DNA of 64,000 nucleotides from Clostridium sp. (GTDB taxonomy: Bacteria > Bacillota > Clostridia > Lachnospirales > Lachnospiraceae). How positions within the stretch are numbered: position 1 is the stretch's first letter; each line of letters opens with the position of its first letter. The stretch is from positions 62,227-126,226 of the forward strand of contig JAETQD010000010.1 of NCBI GenBank assembly GCA_021770825.1, written 5' to 3'. Under the pieces are notes generated by a model. That model was not told the DNA's origin and searched no databases. It worked only from the letters and a program-made list of their open reading frames with translations. Positions 39,202-49,305 of this stretch are shown piece by piece. A program made the translations under genes and the position numbers.

Positions 39202-40728
39202 CAGTCCGCGGCCCAGGGCAGCCCCCACGTTTCCGCCCAGGCGTTTTCCAAAGGAACCGCCCACCTTTTTTCCGATTTCATTTCCAAGCTCTCTTCCAAT
39301 GGTGCCGGAAGCGCTTCTGGCCACCCGCCCGATGGCGGCTGTCTGCTTCTTTTTGGCCTTTTCCTTCTGCTTGTCCTCTTCCTTTTTGGCCTCGGCCCGT
39401 TCCTTTTCCTCTTCCTTTAAGTTCTCCTCTTCCAGATTTTTTCTCTGTAAGAACTCGTATGCGGAATCCCTATCCACCATCTCCCCATAGCGCACAGACA
39501 ATGGACTCTCCCCGGTCTTCTGCTTTCTGAGACTGTCCTCAATGGCTCCCATTTTACTCTGGGGCGGCAGAATACTGCCCTTTTCCACCATGGACGGCCG
39601 CCCTTCTTCATCCAGAAAGGAAATCAGGGCCTCGCCAATTCCAAGGTTTGTGATGGCCTCCAGAGTGTCAAAGGCCGGATTTGGCCGGAAGGACTCGGCC
39701 GCTGCCTTCACCTTCTTTTGCTCCGCGGGAGTGTAGGCATGAAGGGCATGCTGCACCTTATTTCCAAGCTGGGCCAGCACATCGTTGGGGATATCGGACG
39801 GATTCTGGGTGATAAAATAGATTCCCACACCCTTGGACCGGATTAACTTCACCACCTGCTCAATTTTCTGGAGCAGGGCCTTTGGCGCATGGTCAAAAAG
39901 CAGATGGGCCTCGTCAAAAAAGAACACCATTCTGGGCTTTTCCAGGTCCCCGGCTTCCGGCAGCGTCTCAAAAAGCTCCGACAGCATCCAGAGCATGAAG
40001 GTGGAATACATCACCGGAGTGTTGATTAAGCTCTGGCAGTCCAAAATGTTGATGGTTCCCCGGCCGCTTGTGTCCGTGGAAAACCAGTCCCTGATATTTA
40101 AGGCCGGCTCGCCGAAAAACTGATCGCCTCCTGCATCCTCCAGCGCCACCACAGCCCTTGTGATGGCTCCCAGGCTCTGCTTACTCATATTTCCGTACCG
40201 GGCCGAATATTCCTTGTTGTTTTCGTACACATACTGAAGCATGGCCCGGAGGTCCTTGGTATCAATCAAAAGCAGTCCGTCGTCGTCTGCAATCTTAAAG
40301 ACCACCCGCAGGATGTCGCTCTGGGTGGGATTTAAGTCCATTAGTCTGGCAAGCAGTGTGGGCCCCATTTCGCTGATGGTGGTCCGCAAAGGAATTCCTG
40401 ACTTTCCGAAAATATCCCAGAAGCAGACCGGATAAGCATGGAAGGAAAAACCGGATTCCGAAAGGCCAAACCGCTCCATCCGTTTCTTCATGTCCTCCGT
40501 CTCGGTTCCGGGCTCGCACATGCCCGCCAGATCGCCCTTTACGTCCGCTAAAAATACAGGAACTCCGCAGTCACTGAAGGACTCCGCCATGACCTTTAAG
40601 GTGATGGTCTTTCCTGTGCCTGTGGCTCCCGCGATGAGTCCATGACGGTTTGCCATCCGGGGAAGCACGGAGATTTTCTTATCCCCTGCAAGCGCCATCC
40701 AGATTTCATTCTTTACATACATAACCAA
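39178..40728 (-). CDS. DUF853 / HerA-like P-loop ATPase (YjgR family)
   Basis: Walker A GATGTGKT. Walker B MVFFFDEAH. A Lys/Glu-rich coiled region followed by a Gly-rich C-terminal tail (…GGSFGKRLGGNVGAALGRGLLDTLFGR), typical of YjgR. Confidence 0.7.
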   Translation of the reverse strand: MVMYVKNEIWMALAGDKKISVLPRMANRHGLIAGATGTGKTITLKVMAESFSDCGVPVFLADVKGDLAGMCEPGTETEDMKKRMERFGLSESGFSFHAYPVCFWDIFGKSGIPLRTTISEMGPTLLARLMDLNPTQSDILRVVFKIADDDGLLLIDTKDLRAMLQYVYENNKEYSARYGNMSKQSLGAITRAVVALEDAGGDQFFGEPALNIRDWFSTDTSGRGTINILDCQSLINTPVMYSTFMLWMLSELFETLPEAGDLEKPRMVFFFDEAHLLFDHAPKALLQKIEQVVKLIRSKGVGIYFITQNPSDIPNDVLAQLGNKVQHALHAYTPAEQKKVKAAAESFRPNPAFDTLEAITNLGIGEALISFLDEEGRPSMVEKGSILPPQSKMGAIEDSLRKQKTGESPLSVRYGEMVDRDSAYEFLQRKNLEEENLKEEEKERAEAKKEEDKQKEKAKKKQTAAIGRVARSASGTIGRELGNEIGKKVGGSFGKRLGGNVGAALGRGLLDTLFGR

Positions 40729-40858
40729 TTCCCCCTGTCCGCTTCTTTTCCATAGATTCTGCCCCTATTATATACGGGATTCCATGAAATCACAAGACAA
40801 AAAGAGCATGGGATCCATCGCAGATTCCATGCTCTCTCCTTACCTTCCTGAAACGAAA

Positions 40859-41254
40859 TTAAAGCTCGATCTTATACTGGTCAGAGCCCTCGCCGTTTAC
40901 CACATAGTAAGCGGCGCTCTCCTCCGGCTTCACATAAACGTCCAGAGTCTTAATGTCGGAAGCCTTGTTTCCAAGGGCCACATAAGCCTTCTTTGCAGCG
41001 TCCACCAGATCTTTCTCTGCGAACTCTTTTCCTGCAAACTGTACATATACAGCACTCTTAACGGTCTTTGTGGCTCTCTTTGCCGGAGCCTTTGTCTCCT
41101 TAAGAGTCTCATCGGCCTTTTCAGCCTTGGTTTCAGTCTTCTTTGTGGTCTTTGCTTTGGAAGTCTTTGCAGCTTCCTTCTTATCAGCAGCCAGTGCTGC
41201 AGCAACAGTCTTTGTCTCAACAGCATCAGCAGTGGTCTTCTTTGTACCTGCCAT
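40859..41254 (-). CDS. Lys/Ala/Thr-rich (histone H1-like) N-terminal region plus a conserved C-terminal domain. Hypothetical.
   Basis: AGGAGG before ATGGCAGGT. The N-terminal 80 aa are low-complexity basic (KKEAAKTSKAKTTKKTETKAEK…). The C-terminal region is …VYVQFAGKEFAEKDLVDAAKKAYVALG…. Confidence 0.45.
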   Translation of the reverse strand: MAGTKKTTADAVETKTVAAALAADKKEAAKTSKAKTTKKTETKAEKADETLKETKAPAKRATKTVKSAVYVQFAGKEFAEKDLVDAAKKAYVALGNKASDIKTLDVYVKPEESAAYYVVNGEGSDQYKIEL

Positions 41255-41432
41255 AATTTCTCCTCCTAAAAAAAACATTTCCAAATTCTGTCGAATCCCC
41301 TGTTGTCTCATTCTTTAGTAATCATGGTGTTATTTTCATTGGTTGAGGGAATTATAAGCCTTGAAGCGGATTTTGTCAATAAAATCACATACTTTCCACA
41401 TTTTCCACAATTTTCGGGAGGATTGTTTTCAA

Positions 41433-43094
41433 TTATTGTTCCAATTTGAACCCTGGAATCACCTCGCTCCAGTTTGAAATCCCTATAATTTCCTTGGCAA
41501 ATTCCGTATACTTTAAGGACTGCTTGGTATCAATATATTTGAAAACATTGTAAATATTCTTCGGCATGACGGCAACCACCTTGTCATTTCTCGTCATATC
41601 CACGGTCCATATTCCAAAGGCGCAGGACGTATTGACCTCCACCACGGAATCCACCTGGCGGTTTAAGATAAAGGCGTCAATATAGGGGTTGGCATCCACC
41701 AGGTAGTAGGCGTACGCATAGGCCGCCGCCTGAATGTCATAAACCTTTCCTCTTGTGGCGCTGTCCGATGTGAAGCCCTCCTCCGACAGGATAATATGGC
41801 GGACCTCACCGTTTGCCGTACGCATATGGGACTGCTGGAAGTAATCGGTCAGCACATTTAAATTCTTAAAGTTTACTACCGGGGAGTCATAGGTATCATT
41901 GACCGCTCCTGTCTGGTCATCGTCCCAGAATTCCGGTTCTGTCAGCGGATGGGGGTAGGGATGGTAGGCAAGGCCCCAGTCGATATTTCCCTCAGCCCGG
42001 ATTCCCGCATTGAAAAGATCAATGAAATCCCTGGCCCCGTACATCAGCGTACTGTTGGCCCGTCTCCACTCGTAGTCGGTGGAAAAGAAGACGCGGGCAT
42101 TCTTGCTGTGGCTCTTGATGGCCGTGTAGGCCACACGGAAACATTTCTCATAGAGCTTCGTGTAGGGAGCCAGATCCATGGGTCCCACATAGTTCCAGTT
42201 CTTATTGTTGTTGACCTCATTTCCCACAATCCAGTTGGACACCCGGCCATGGTTGTAATTGGCGCCGGAATACCGTTCCGCCATGAAGGATAACAGCGCC
42301 CTTGTGGTCTCATATCCCTCTTTTGTGGATACATTAAAGCCATAGTAGAAGGCGCCGGAGGTCTTTTGCACGCCAGCCTCATGGAGCTCCGGGAAGGACT
42401 CGTTCCAGCCGTTTAACAGAATGGCCGTTACGATGATTCCCTTATTGGAAAAGGAGCTGATCATCTTATCATAGCTCTCAATCAGTTCTTTGTTGAAATG
42501 ATAGGTCACTCCATTGTAGTTGTATTCCAGCTCCCCGCCGATTAAGTGATGGTAGGGGATATTAATGGTGGTGTGTTTTACGCCGAGGTTCAGGGCGTCT
42601 CCCAGCATATCCAGCTCAATGAGCAGGCCCTTTTTACTCATGGCATCCGGATATTCTTCCGTAAAGGAGGCCATGTCTCCGGGGTTGGTGATATAAATGG
42701 GGTTACTGATGGCCCGGTATGTATTTCCTGTCTTTAAAGCCACCACAAACCGGGAGTACAGCATGGAATCCGCCACATCTCCGGAATACGGCAGACTGAA
42801 TTTCAGTTCGCTGCCCTTGTTGCACCAGGAAATATAGTCGGTCCTGGATCCGATTTCCGATTCATAGGGATGAAGCTCGAAGAGATAATAGTATCCGTCA
42901 TCCGGCGTCTCTCCCTCATTTAAAGCCCCTGAAGCGGCCGCTCCGGTCACCACAACGGTGTTTCTGTTTTCCACTGTACATGTTGTAAGGGATGCGCTGT
43001 CATAAGCAAAGCTTGTGAAGCATCCAAAAACCGCTGCCGTAAGAAGTCCCAATAAAAGAACTGCCCCGGCGCGGAATTTTTTTCCTTTTCTCAT
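41433..43094 (-). CDS. Secreted TIM-barrel glycoside-hydrolase-like protein (DUF5722-like)
   Basis: Signal peptide. IVGNEVNN motif resembles the clan GH-A acid/base NE(P) motif. Confidence 0.45.
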   Translation of the reverse strand: MRKGKKFRAGAVLLLGLLTAAVFGCFTSFAYDSASLTTCTVENRNTVVVTGAAASGALNEGETPDDGYYYLFELHPYESEIGSRTDYISWCNKGSELKFSLPYSGDVADSMLYSRFVVALKTGNTYRAISNPIYITNPGDMASFTEEYPDAMSKKGLLIELDMLGDALNLGVKHTTINIPYHHLIGGELEYNYNGVTYHFNKELIESYDKMISSFSNKGIIVTAILLNGWNESFPELHEAGVQKTSGAFYYGFNVSTKEGYETTRALLSFMAERYSGANYNHGRVSNWIVGNEVNNNKNWNYVGPMDLAPYTKLYEKCFRVAYTAIKSHSKNARVFFSTDYEWRRANSTLMYGARDFIDLFNAGIRAEGNIDWGLAYHPYPHPLTEPEFWDDDQTGAVNDTYDSPVVNFKNLNVLTDYFQQSHMRTANGEVRHIILSEEGFTSDSATRGKVYDIQAAAYAYAYYLVDANPYIDAFILNRQVDSVVEVNTSCAFGIWTVDMTRNDKVVAVMPKNIYNVFKYIDTKQSLKYTEFAKEIIGISNWSEVIPGFKLEQ

Positions 43095-43179
43095 CCAGTA
43101 TTCCTGCCTTTCCAAATTTTGTCTTATTCATTATACTATGCTAACCTTAAATTACACTTATAATATTTTTACATTTTGC

Positions 43180-43809
43180 TTAAGAAAGTAAGGCAAATTT
43201 CACGACAATCAGGGCCGCCAGATTGGCCGCTCCATGAATCAGCACCGGAGCCTTCACCGTCCGGCAGACCTCCATGGAGTACGCCAGAATAAGCCCCATA
43301 AGGAAGCCGTAAATGCCCTGGCTTACGTTTCCATGGTACAGGCCAAAGAAAACGGCGGAAAGAAATCCGGCCGTCCCCGCTGAAAACAGCTCTTTCAAAC
43401 GCATGTAGAGAACTCCCCGGAAAAACAATTCCTCCAGCAGGGGGGATGCAAGAAGAAGTACCAGGGCCTGAAGCCAGAAAGCCCCGGACAGAAGGGCTCC
43501 TTCCGCCTGTCCGTAGTCCATATTCCCCATGGCTGCCGCCAAAAACCTGGAAAAAAGCGACAGGAGAAAGCCGGCCATGACGCAGAGCGCGGCCCGTTTT
43601 AAGTTCCAGCACTCCTCTCCCCGAAACACTGCATCTTCCTTATAAAAATACATCAGCACGGGAACTGCCAGGATTGCCCGAAACAGCGTATCCCACAAAA
43701 CGGCCGCTTCCCCAAATAACGTGGTCTGTCCCATGGGAATTTCAATCAGGCAGGCCACGGAAAGGCAAAAAAACACCGGAATCAAAATTCTTCGTATTCG
43801 TATTTTCAT
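43180..43809 (-). CDS. CPBP family intramembrane metalloprotease (CAAX protease / Abi)
   Basis: EELFFRG…FFGLYHG…HGAANL motifs. The start was chosen at MKIRIRRIL; the longer upstream extension was rejected. Confidence 0.7.
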   Translation of the reverse strand: MKIRIRRILIPVFFCLSVACLIEIPMGQTTLFGEAAVLWDTLFRAILAVPVLMYFYKEDAVFRGEECWNLKRAALCVMAGFLLSLFSRFLAAAMGNMDYGQAEGALLSGAFWLQALVLLLASPLLEELFFRGVLYMRLKELFSAGTAGFLSAVFFGLYHGNVSQGIYGFLMGLILAYSMEVCRTVKAPVLIHGAANLAALIVVKFALLS

Positions 43810-43937
43810 TGGTTTTCCATCCCTTTCTCTTGACTTCTGCCATCTTACCACAATTTCTCCGCCGCTTCCACCATTTTCCGTCATGGGACAATTTGCCGCC
43901 CCATATGCTTTATAAAAAAAGAAGAAGCAAACATCCC

Positions 43938-44771
43938 ATGTCAAAACTCAAGCACTGGAAGGCGGCCGCTGCCGTCCTTCTCCTTTTCAATTTCGCCTTC
44001 GGAGCCGGAACCCTGGCGGCCGCCGTCACCCAGAAGTTTTCAGGGACCACTGCCACTGCCGCTTCCGCCTCCGCCGACGGAAACTGGGGCTTAAGCTTCC
44101 AGACCGAGGGAAAGCCGCCGGTGGCCAACGCCACAGCGGACCAGCTAAAGGCCTACAATGCCAGCTATGCAGAAATGACCGAAGAAAAGGTGATCTATCT
44201 GACCTTTGACGCAGGGTATGAAAACGGAAATACCCCGGCCATCCTGGATGCCCTGAAAAAGCACCAGGTGCCTGCGGCCTTTTTCGTGGTGGGAAACTAC
44301 CTGGAAACCAGCCCGGACCTCATAAAACGCATGATTGCAGAAGGCCACATTGTGGCAAACCATACCTATCACCACCCGGACATGTCGAAAATCGCGTCAA
44401 AGGAGGCTTTTTCAAAGGAACTCACAGACCTGGAGACCCTGTATACGGAGATCACCGGACAGACCATGCCGAAATACTACCGCCCTCCCCAGGGGAAGTA
44501 CAGCGAAGCCAATTTACAGATGGCAAAGGACCTGGGATACCATACCTTTTTCTGGAGCCTGGCCTATGTGGACTGGTATCAGGATAAGCAACCCTCAAAG
44601 GAGGAGGCCTTTAAAAAGCTTCTGGGCCGCATCCACCCCGGCGCCGTTGTGCTGCTCCACAGTACCTCCTCCACCAACGCCGCCATTCTGGATGAACTGC
44701 TGACCAAATGGGAGGAGATGGGCTACACCTTCAAATCCATTGACGCCCTGGCGGCTTCCGATACGGTGTAA
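43938..44771 (+). CDS. pdaA: Polysaccharide deacetylase PdaA-like (delta-lactam-biosynthetic de-N-acetylase)
   Basis: Signal peptide MSKLKHWKAAAAVLLLFNFAFGAG. The NodB core VIYLTFDAGYENGNTPAILDALKKHQVPAAFFVVGNY…HTYHHPDM aligns closely with Bacillus subtilis PdaA. Confidence 0.8.
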   Translation: MSKLKHWKAAAAVLLLFNFAFGAGTLAAAVTQKFSGTTATAASASADGNWGLSFQTEGKPPVANATADQLKAYNASYAEMTEEKVIYLTFDAGYENGNTPAILDALKKHQVPAAFFVVGNYLETSPDLIKRMIAEGHIVANHTYHHPDMSKIASKEAFSKELTDLETLYTEITGQTMPKYYRPPQGKYSEANLQMAKDLGYHTFFWSLAYVDWYQDKQPSKEEAFKKLLGRIHPGAVVLLHSTSSTNAAILDELLTKWEEMGYTFKSIDALAASDTV

Positions 44772-44780
44772 TAAAAACGA

Positions 44781-44818
44781 ACCGCCGCCCTTTTTGCATC
44801 CACCGGGCGGCGGTTCTT
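44781..44818. terminator. Bidirectional rho-independent terminator
   Basis: 12-bp GC-rich stem gaaccgccgccc...gggcggcggttc with T-runs on both strands. Confidence 0.45.
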
Positions 44819-44823
44819 CTTTC

Positions 44824-45531
44824 TCAATCTGGCTCCACAATTCTGTACCCCACTCCCACTTCCGTGAAAATATACTGGGGCTCTGCCGGATTTTTTTCAA
44901 TTTTTCTCCGGATATTGGCCATATTGACCCGGAGAATCCTGTTGTCATTTTTCATGTTGGGGCCCCAGATTTCCTTGATAATGTAATCGTAAGTCATAAC
45001 CTTTCCGGCATACTTGCCAAGAAGACTCACAATCTTATACTCATTCTGCGTAAGCCCAACGTCCCTGCCTTCCACATACACCCTGTGCTTGTCATAATCG
45101 ATGGTCAGGTCTCCGGACACGAACAGGCCGCTTGCAGCCCCGTTCTGGTTCAAACAGGCGGTGCGGGTATGGCGGATGGCGGTGCGGATTCTGGCCAGCA
45201 GTTCCGATGTGCCGAAGGGCTTTGTGATATAATCGTCAGCTCCCAAATCCAGCGCCTCCACCTTATCCTTTTCATGGGTTCTCGCTGACACCACAATCAC
45301 CGGCATGGTGGACCATTCCCTGACGCTTTTCAGTATCTTCATACCGTCCATGTCCGGCAGTCCCAAATCCAGAAGCACCACATCAGGACACTGGGAGGTG
45401 ATCAGGCTGTACGCCTCCGCTCCCGTCTGTGCCATAATCACATCATAGTGATTGGCCTCCAGCACGGTCTTGAAAAAATTGCTGATTCTTCTGTCGTCCT
45501 CCACCACCAAAACTCTGTCTTTGATTTCCAT
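44824..45531 (-). CDS. OmpR-family response regulator (KdpE-like)
   Basis: REC domain (VLVVEDD…DLGLPDMDG) plus winged helix (…YIFTEVGVGYRI). Confidence 0.85.
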   Translation of the reverse strand: MEIKDRVLVVEDDRRISNFFKTVLEANHYDVIMAQTGAEAYSLITSQCPDVVLLDLGLPDMDGMKILKSVREWSTMPVIVVSARTHEKDKVEALDLGADDYITKPFGTSELLARIRTAIRHTRTACLNQNGAASGLFVSGDLTIDYDKHRVYVEGRDVGLTQNEYKIVSLLGKYAGKVMTYDYIIKEIWGPNMKNDNRILRVNMANIRRKIEKNPAEPQYIFTEVGVGYRIVEPD

Positions 45532-45541
45532 ATCCTGTTCC

Positions 45542-46639
45542 TCACTTCTTCGGAAGCCAGAACATCATTCTGGCGCCGCCTGCTTTTCTGTTTTCCGCTT
45601 TCATATTGCCCTTGTGGGCTTTTACGATACTCATACAGACAGAAAGCCCGATTCCCATGTTGCGCTTGGAATCGCTTTCTTCTCCGTCCTGGGGCTGAAG
45701 ATTCCCCTCAAACATTTTCGGAAGTATATTTTCCCGGATTCCCAGTCCGTTGTCGTCCACAAAAAACTGTACTCTGTCCTCCTGCTCCACAACCGTAATC
45801 GTAATCTGCGACGTTACCTTTCCGTGGAGCACGGAATTTTCCAGAAGATTCACCAGCAACTGTTCAATGAGAATTCCGTCCATGGGAACCAAAAGCAGCT
45901 CCTGGGGCAGATTCACAGACACCTCCACATCGGGAAATCTCTTCTTAAATTTTAACACGGCGCTTCCTATAATTTCCTCCACCAGCTCTTCCTGTTTGTC
46001 AATTCTGGCGTTTTCTCCGCCCATCCGTGTGATGGAGAGAAGATTTTCCACAATCCGGATTAACCACTGGGCCTCTGCCCGGATGTCCTTCACGAAAGCC
46101 ATCCGTTTTTCCTCAGTCAGGGCGTCATGGTTGTCGATGATGACGGAGGCGGCGCCGACAATGGAGGTTAATGGAGTGCGGATATCATGGGAAACGGCCC
46201 TCAAAAGATTTCCCCGCATTTTTTCCTTCTCCACCTCCAGCCGAATCTGCTCCTGCTTTTTAATTCTGGTGGTCATGGCGCTGACACTGCACGCCACAGC
46301 CAGCATGGCCACAAAGGTTAAGGGATAGCCTGTGATTGTAAAATTTATTTCAAAATAGGGATAGGTGAACACATAGTTGACTCCCACCACGGCAATCATG
46401 GACGCCAGAATCCCGTATACATACCCCTCGGTCAGCCTGGAGACGAAGAGCACGGCCAGCACAAACAGCAGGGGAACGTGGGTGTCAGATTCGGAAAAAG
46501 GCTGAATCAGAAAGCAAAACGAGGTTACAAACCCTAAGATTCCCAGGGTAATGGCAATGTTTTTTATGATATTCCACTTTTTAGAGGGCATTAAAATTTC
46601 ATCCTTACTTTTGCATATATCTGGTACACAGTATATCAT
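45542..46639 (-). CDS. Sensor histidine kinase with a DUF4118-type membrane domain (KdpD C-terminal-like)
   Basis: Four TM segments. HisKA SHDIRTPLTSI. HATPase DNGLGI…GIGLSVC. Confidence 0.85.
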   Translation of the reverse strand: MIYCVPDICKSKDEILMPSKKWNIIKNIAITLGILGFVTSFCFLIQPFSESDTHVPLLFVLAVLFVSRLTEGYVYGILASMIAVVGVNYVFTYPYFEINFTITGYPLTFVAMLAVACSVSAMTTRIKKQEQIRLEVEKEKMRGNLLRAVSHDIRTPLTSIVGAASVIIDNHDALTEEKRMAFVKDIRAEAQWLIRIVENLLSITRMGGENARIDKQEELVEEIIGSAVLKFKKRFPDVEVSVNLPQELLLVPMDGILIEQLLVNLLENSVLHGKVTSQITITVVEQEDRVQFFVDDNGLGIRENILPKMFEGNLQPQDGEESDSKRNMGIGLSVCMSIVKAHKGNMKAENRKAGGARMMFWLPKK

Positions 46640-46726
46640 ATTTTTCTGTTAAGATTCCGCTAAATTTGAAAAAGGATGGGCCTTCGCGCATTCCCGCGCC
46701 GAACGCAGCTTCTCCGGTATACAGAA

Positions 46727-46763
46727 AAAAGCCCCCTGACGGTCTTGTCAGAGAGCTTTTTCC
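46727..46763 (-). terminator. Rho-independent terminator (minus strand)
   Basis: Hairpin ctgacggtcttgtcag. The minus strand reads ...GGGGCTTTTTTC after the stem. Confidence 0.4.
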
Positions 46764-46766
46764 TTC

Positions 46767-46979
46767 CTAGTAATATAAGGAATACCCGTATTTCAATTTG
46801 CGGTAACATTTCCATGCGATCATAACCGGAATACATGCGGTAATCGCGATGGTCGGAAGTCCTCCCACCAAGGCAATGAGAATCATCATAATTACACTGA
46901 CTGCGCTGCCCATATTTATGCCCTTCTTTCTTCTTTTTGAAATTTCGTTTAGCATGATACCATACAATATGCGTTCCAT
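46767..46979 (-). CDS. Small hydrophobic membrane protein (48-70 aa depending on start)
   Basis: GSAVSVIMMILIALVGGLPTIAITACIPVMIAW… makes two TM helices. Followed by a terminator. Preferred over the overlapping 107-aa basic ORF. Confidence 0.3.
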   Translation of the reverse strand: MERILYGIMLNEISKRRKKGINMGSAVSVIMMILIALVGGLPTIAITACIPVMIAWKCYRKLKYGYSLYY

Positions 46980-47131
46980 CCATGGTTCTCCCCCCTTTTT
47001 AGCCGGGGCTTTATTTCCGATTTGATTTTTTTAACAGGAATTTTACAAAAATGGACAAAATTCTTGAAGGACTGGCCCTATGATGCTATAATATTATGCA
47101 TAAAATCCGCAAGATCACGGAGGAATTCTAA

Positions 47132-48607
47132 ATGGATAAAAGCCGCGCCAGTAATAGTCAGATAATTAATGGAGTTGCATTCTTCTTCTCCGCATTTTTT
47201 CTTCTCTCCGCTCTGGTGGCTGCCTTTTATACCGGTGAGCTGGGGAGCGTGTTTTACGACTGGTACCTGATCATGATTTCCCCATGTCCCCTGGTGACCG
47301 ACTACCTGGCCATCGGCGGTCTGGCCAGCGCCATGCTAAATGCCGGGGCCTGCGGCATGACCTGTTTTCTGTTTATGATCCTTTTAAAAGGGGAGTCCCA
47401 TGCCAACACCCTGGCAGGCTATTTTCTTGTGGTGGCCCACTGCTTTTACGGCCTGAATTTTCTCAACATGTGGCCCTGCTTTCTGGCTCCCTTTCTCTAC
47501 TTCAGACTGAAACAGCTGGACTATAAAAATAATCTCCATGTCTGCATGTTTGCCACCTCCTTCGGGCCCTTCATCAGTGAATTCCTGTTCCGTTATACCC
47601 AAAAAGAGCCCCACGTCTTCGGCCAGGCCAACCTGACCTTTTCCGGAGTTCTTCTGGCCCTTTTATTCTCTATTATACTGGGCTTTGTGATTCCGGCCAT
47701 TCTGCCCGGCGCAAGGGCCTGGCATAAGGGCTACAATCTTTATAACGGCGGCCTGGCCTTCGGCATTTTCGGATTTCTGGTTTTCAATTTCATGTACAAA
47801 ACCATGGGAATCGAACCGCCCGCAAGCCCCCAGTACATCAACCCCATTTATGACAGCTTCGGCCATTCCTACCGGGTCTACGGCACGGTTTTCTTCCTGA
47901 TTTTATTTTCTGTCTGCATTCTTTCCGGCTTTTACTTAAACGGCAAAAGCTTCCGGGGCTACATGCATCTTGTGAAGGATACGGGATATGTCAGCAACTT
48001 TGCAGAAAAATACGGAATGCCCCTCTGCCTCATCAACATCGGCATTTACGGGCTTTTCTTCCTTCTCTATATCAACCTGGTGATTCTTTTTACGGAAGGC
48101 GCAGGCTTCACGGGACCAACCATCGGTGTCATTTTAGCAGCACTGACCTTCACGGCCATGGGACAGCACCCAAGGAATGTATGGCCCATCCTGGCCGGCT
48201 ACCAGCTTTTATACATCACCACGATCTTCTTCTGCTCGGCCAATGAGCGGGAGCTGACCTGGTCCATTTCCACCCAGGGCTACATAAACGGCGTGGCCTT
48301 CGCCACCGGGCTCTGTCCCATTGTGGGGCGGTACGGAATCCGGGCCGGACTTGCCGCCGGGTTCATGTGCGCCTCCATGTGTACGGCCACCAGTGCGCTC
48401 CACGGCGGTTTTGTCCTCTATAACGGCGGCTTCACCGCAGGAATCACAGCCTTAATCCTGCTGCCGATTTTGGAGCACTATGTCCCCACCGTCCGGGAAC
48501 AGATGAAGAGCCAGTCTACGCTCTTAAAAAACATGATCGCCCTGGACGAAACCTCGCCAGGCAGAAAAAAACAGAGCCAGGATTTCCATGGCTCTGCCGG
48601 ACATTGA
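47132..48607 (+). CDS. Polytopic membrane protein, probably DUF1576 family
   Basis: 491 aa and highly hydrophobic with many Gly/Phe/Tyr. Ribosome-binding site GGAGGAATTCTAA…ATG. Confidence 0.45.
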   Translation: MDKSRASNSQIINGVAFFFSAFFLLSALVAAFYTGELGSVFYDWYLIMISPCPLVTDYLAIGGLASAMLNAGACGMTCFLFMILLKGESHANTLAGYFLVVAHCFYGLNFLNMWPCFLAPFLYFRLKQLDYKNNLHVCMFATSFGPFISEFLFRYTQKEPHVFGQANLTFSGVLLALLFSIILGFVIPAILPGARAWHKGYNLYNGGLAFGIFGFLVFNFMYKTMGIEPPASPQYINPIYDSFGHSYRVYGTVFFLILFSVCILSGFYLNGKSFRGYMHLVKDTGYVSNFAEKYGMPLCLINIGIYGLFFLLYINLVILFTEGAGFTGPTIGVILAALTFTAMGQHPRNVWPILAGYQLLYITTIFFCSANERELTWSISTQGYINGVAFATGLCPIVGRYGIRAGLAAGFMCASMCTATSALHGGFVLYNGGFTAGITALILLPILEHYVPTVREQMKSQSTLLKNMIALDETSPGRKKQSQDFHGSAGH

Positions 48608-48609
48608 TT

Positions 48610-49305
48610 CTATTTATTTTTCTCGATACTTTTTACCGTGAGGACCTGGTTCTTCACGGTAAATTTAATTTCGTACCCTGCAAACTCCATTCCATACACC
48701 CGCTCGGGGTCATTCTGGTAGGAGGGCCTGGGATCATGGGCCAGGACGGCCATGAGGGAGGCTCTCTTTTCTTCCTCCACAAGCTCCATCCACTGCTCCC
48801 CAATCTCCACCGTAAGCCCATACTCCCTGGTGCGGTCGGTAAATCCCCCGGCGGCTTCGGGATGGCTGTCCACAAAGGGCAGATACGGCTTGATGTCAAA
48901 GATGGGAGTTCCATCCATCAGATCGGCACCGGACACATGGAGCACAGGGCCCCGGTCCGTATGGAGCTCCACCGAATCCAGCCGGACGCAGGATAATCCC
49001 ACGGCATTGGGCCTGAACGGCGAGCGGGTGGCGAACACGCCCTTTCTTATGTTTCCGCCCAGCCTCGGAGGCCGCACCGTTGCAGACCATCCGTCCCGCA
49101 CGGCTTCTGAAAATTCCCAGATCAGCCAGATATGGGAAAACTCCTCAATTCCCCTTAAGGCCTCGGGATTTCTGTATTCCTTTTCAAATACAATTTCTGC
49201 TTTCAGATCTTCAATGAGACCGCTCTGCCGCGGAATCCCAAATTTTGTTGGGAAATCCGTATGGATCCTGGCGATCACATGGAAATATCGTCCCCGCTCT
49301 TCCAA
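48610..49305 (-). CDS. trmO: tRNA (adenine37-N6)-methyltransferase TrmO/TsaA (YaeB-like)
   Basis: FATRSPFRPNAVGLSCVRL matches the TsaA signature (SRSPFRPNPIGLS). Confidence 0.8.
   Translation of the reverse strand: MEERGRYFHVIARIHTDFPTKFGIPRQSGLIEDLKAEIVFEKEYRNPEALRGIEEFSHIWLIWEFSEAVRDGWSATVRPPRLGGNIRKGVFATRSPFRPNAVGLSCVRLDSVELHTDRGPVLHVSGADLMDGTPIFDIKPYLPFVDSHPEAAGGFTDRTREYGLTVEIGEQWMELVEEEKRASLMAVLAHDPRPSYQNDPERVYGMEFAGYEIKFTVKNQVLTVKSIEKNK

Noticed and set aside
46660-46983. 107-aa basic ORF overlapping the small membrane-protein ORF
   Set aside because: The alternative frame encodes a clean two-TM hydrophobic peptide followed by a terminator. The basic ORF is judged spurious, with low confidence either way.
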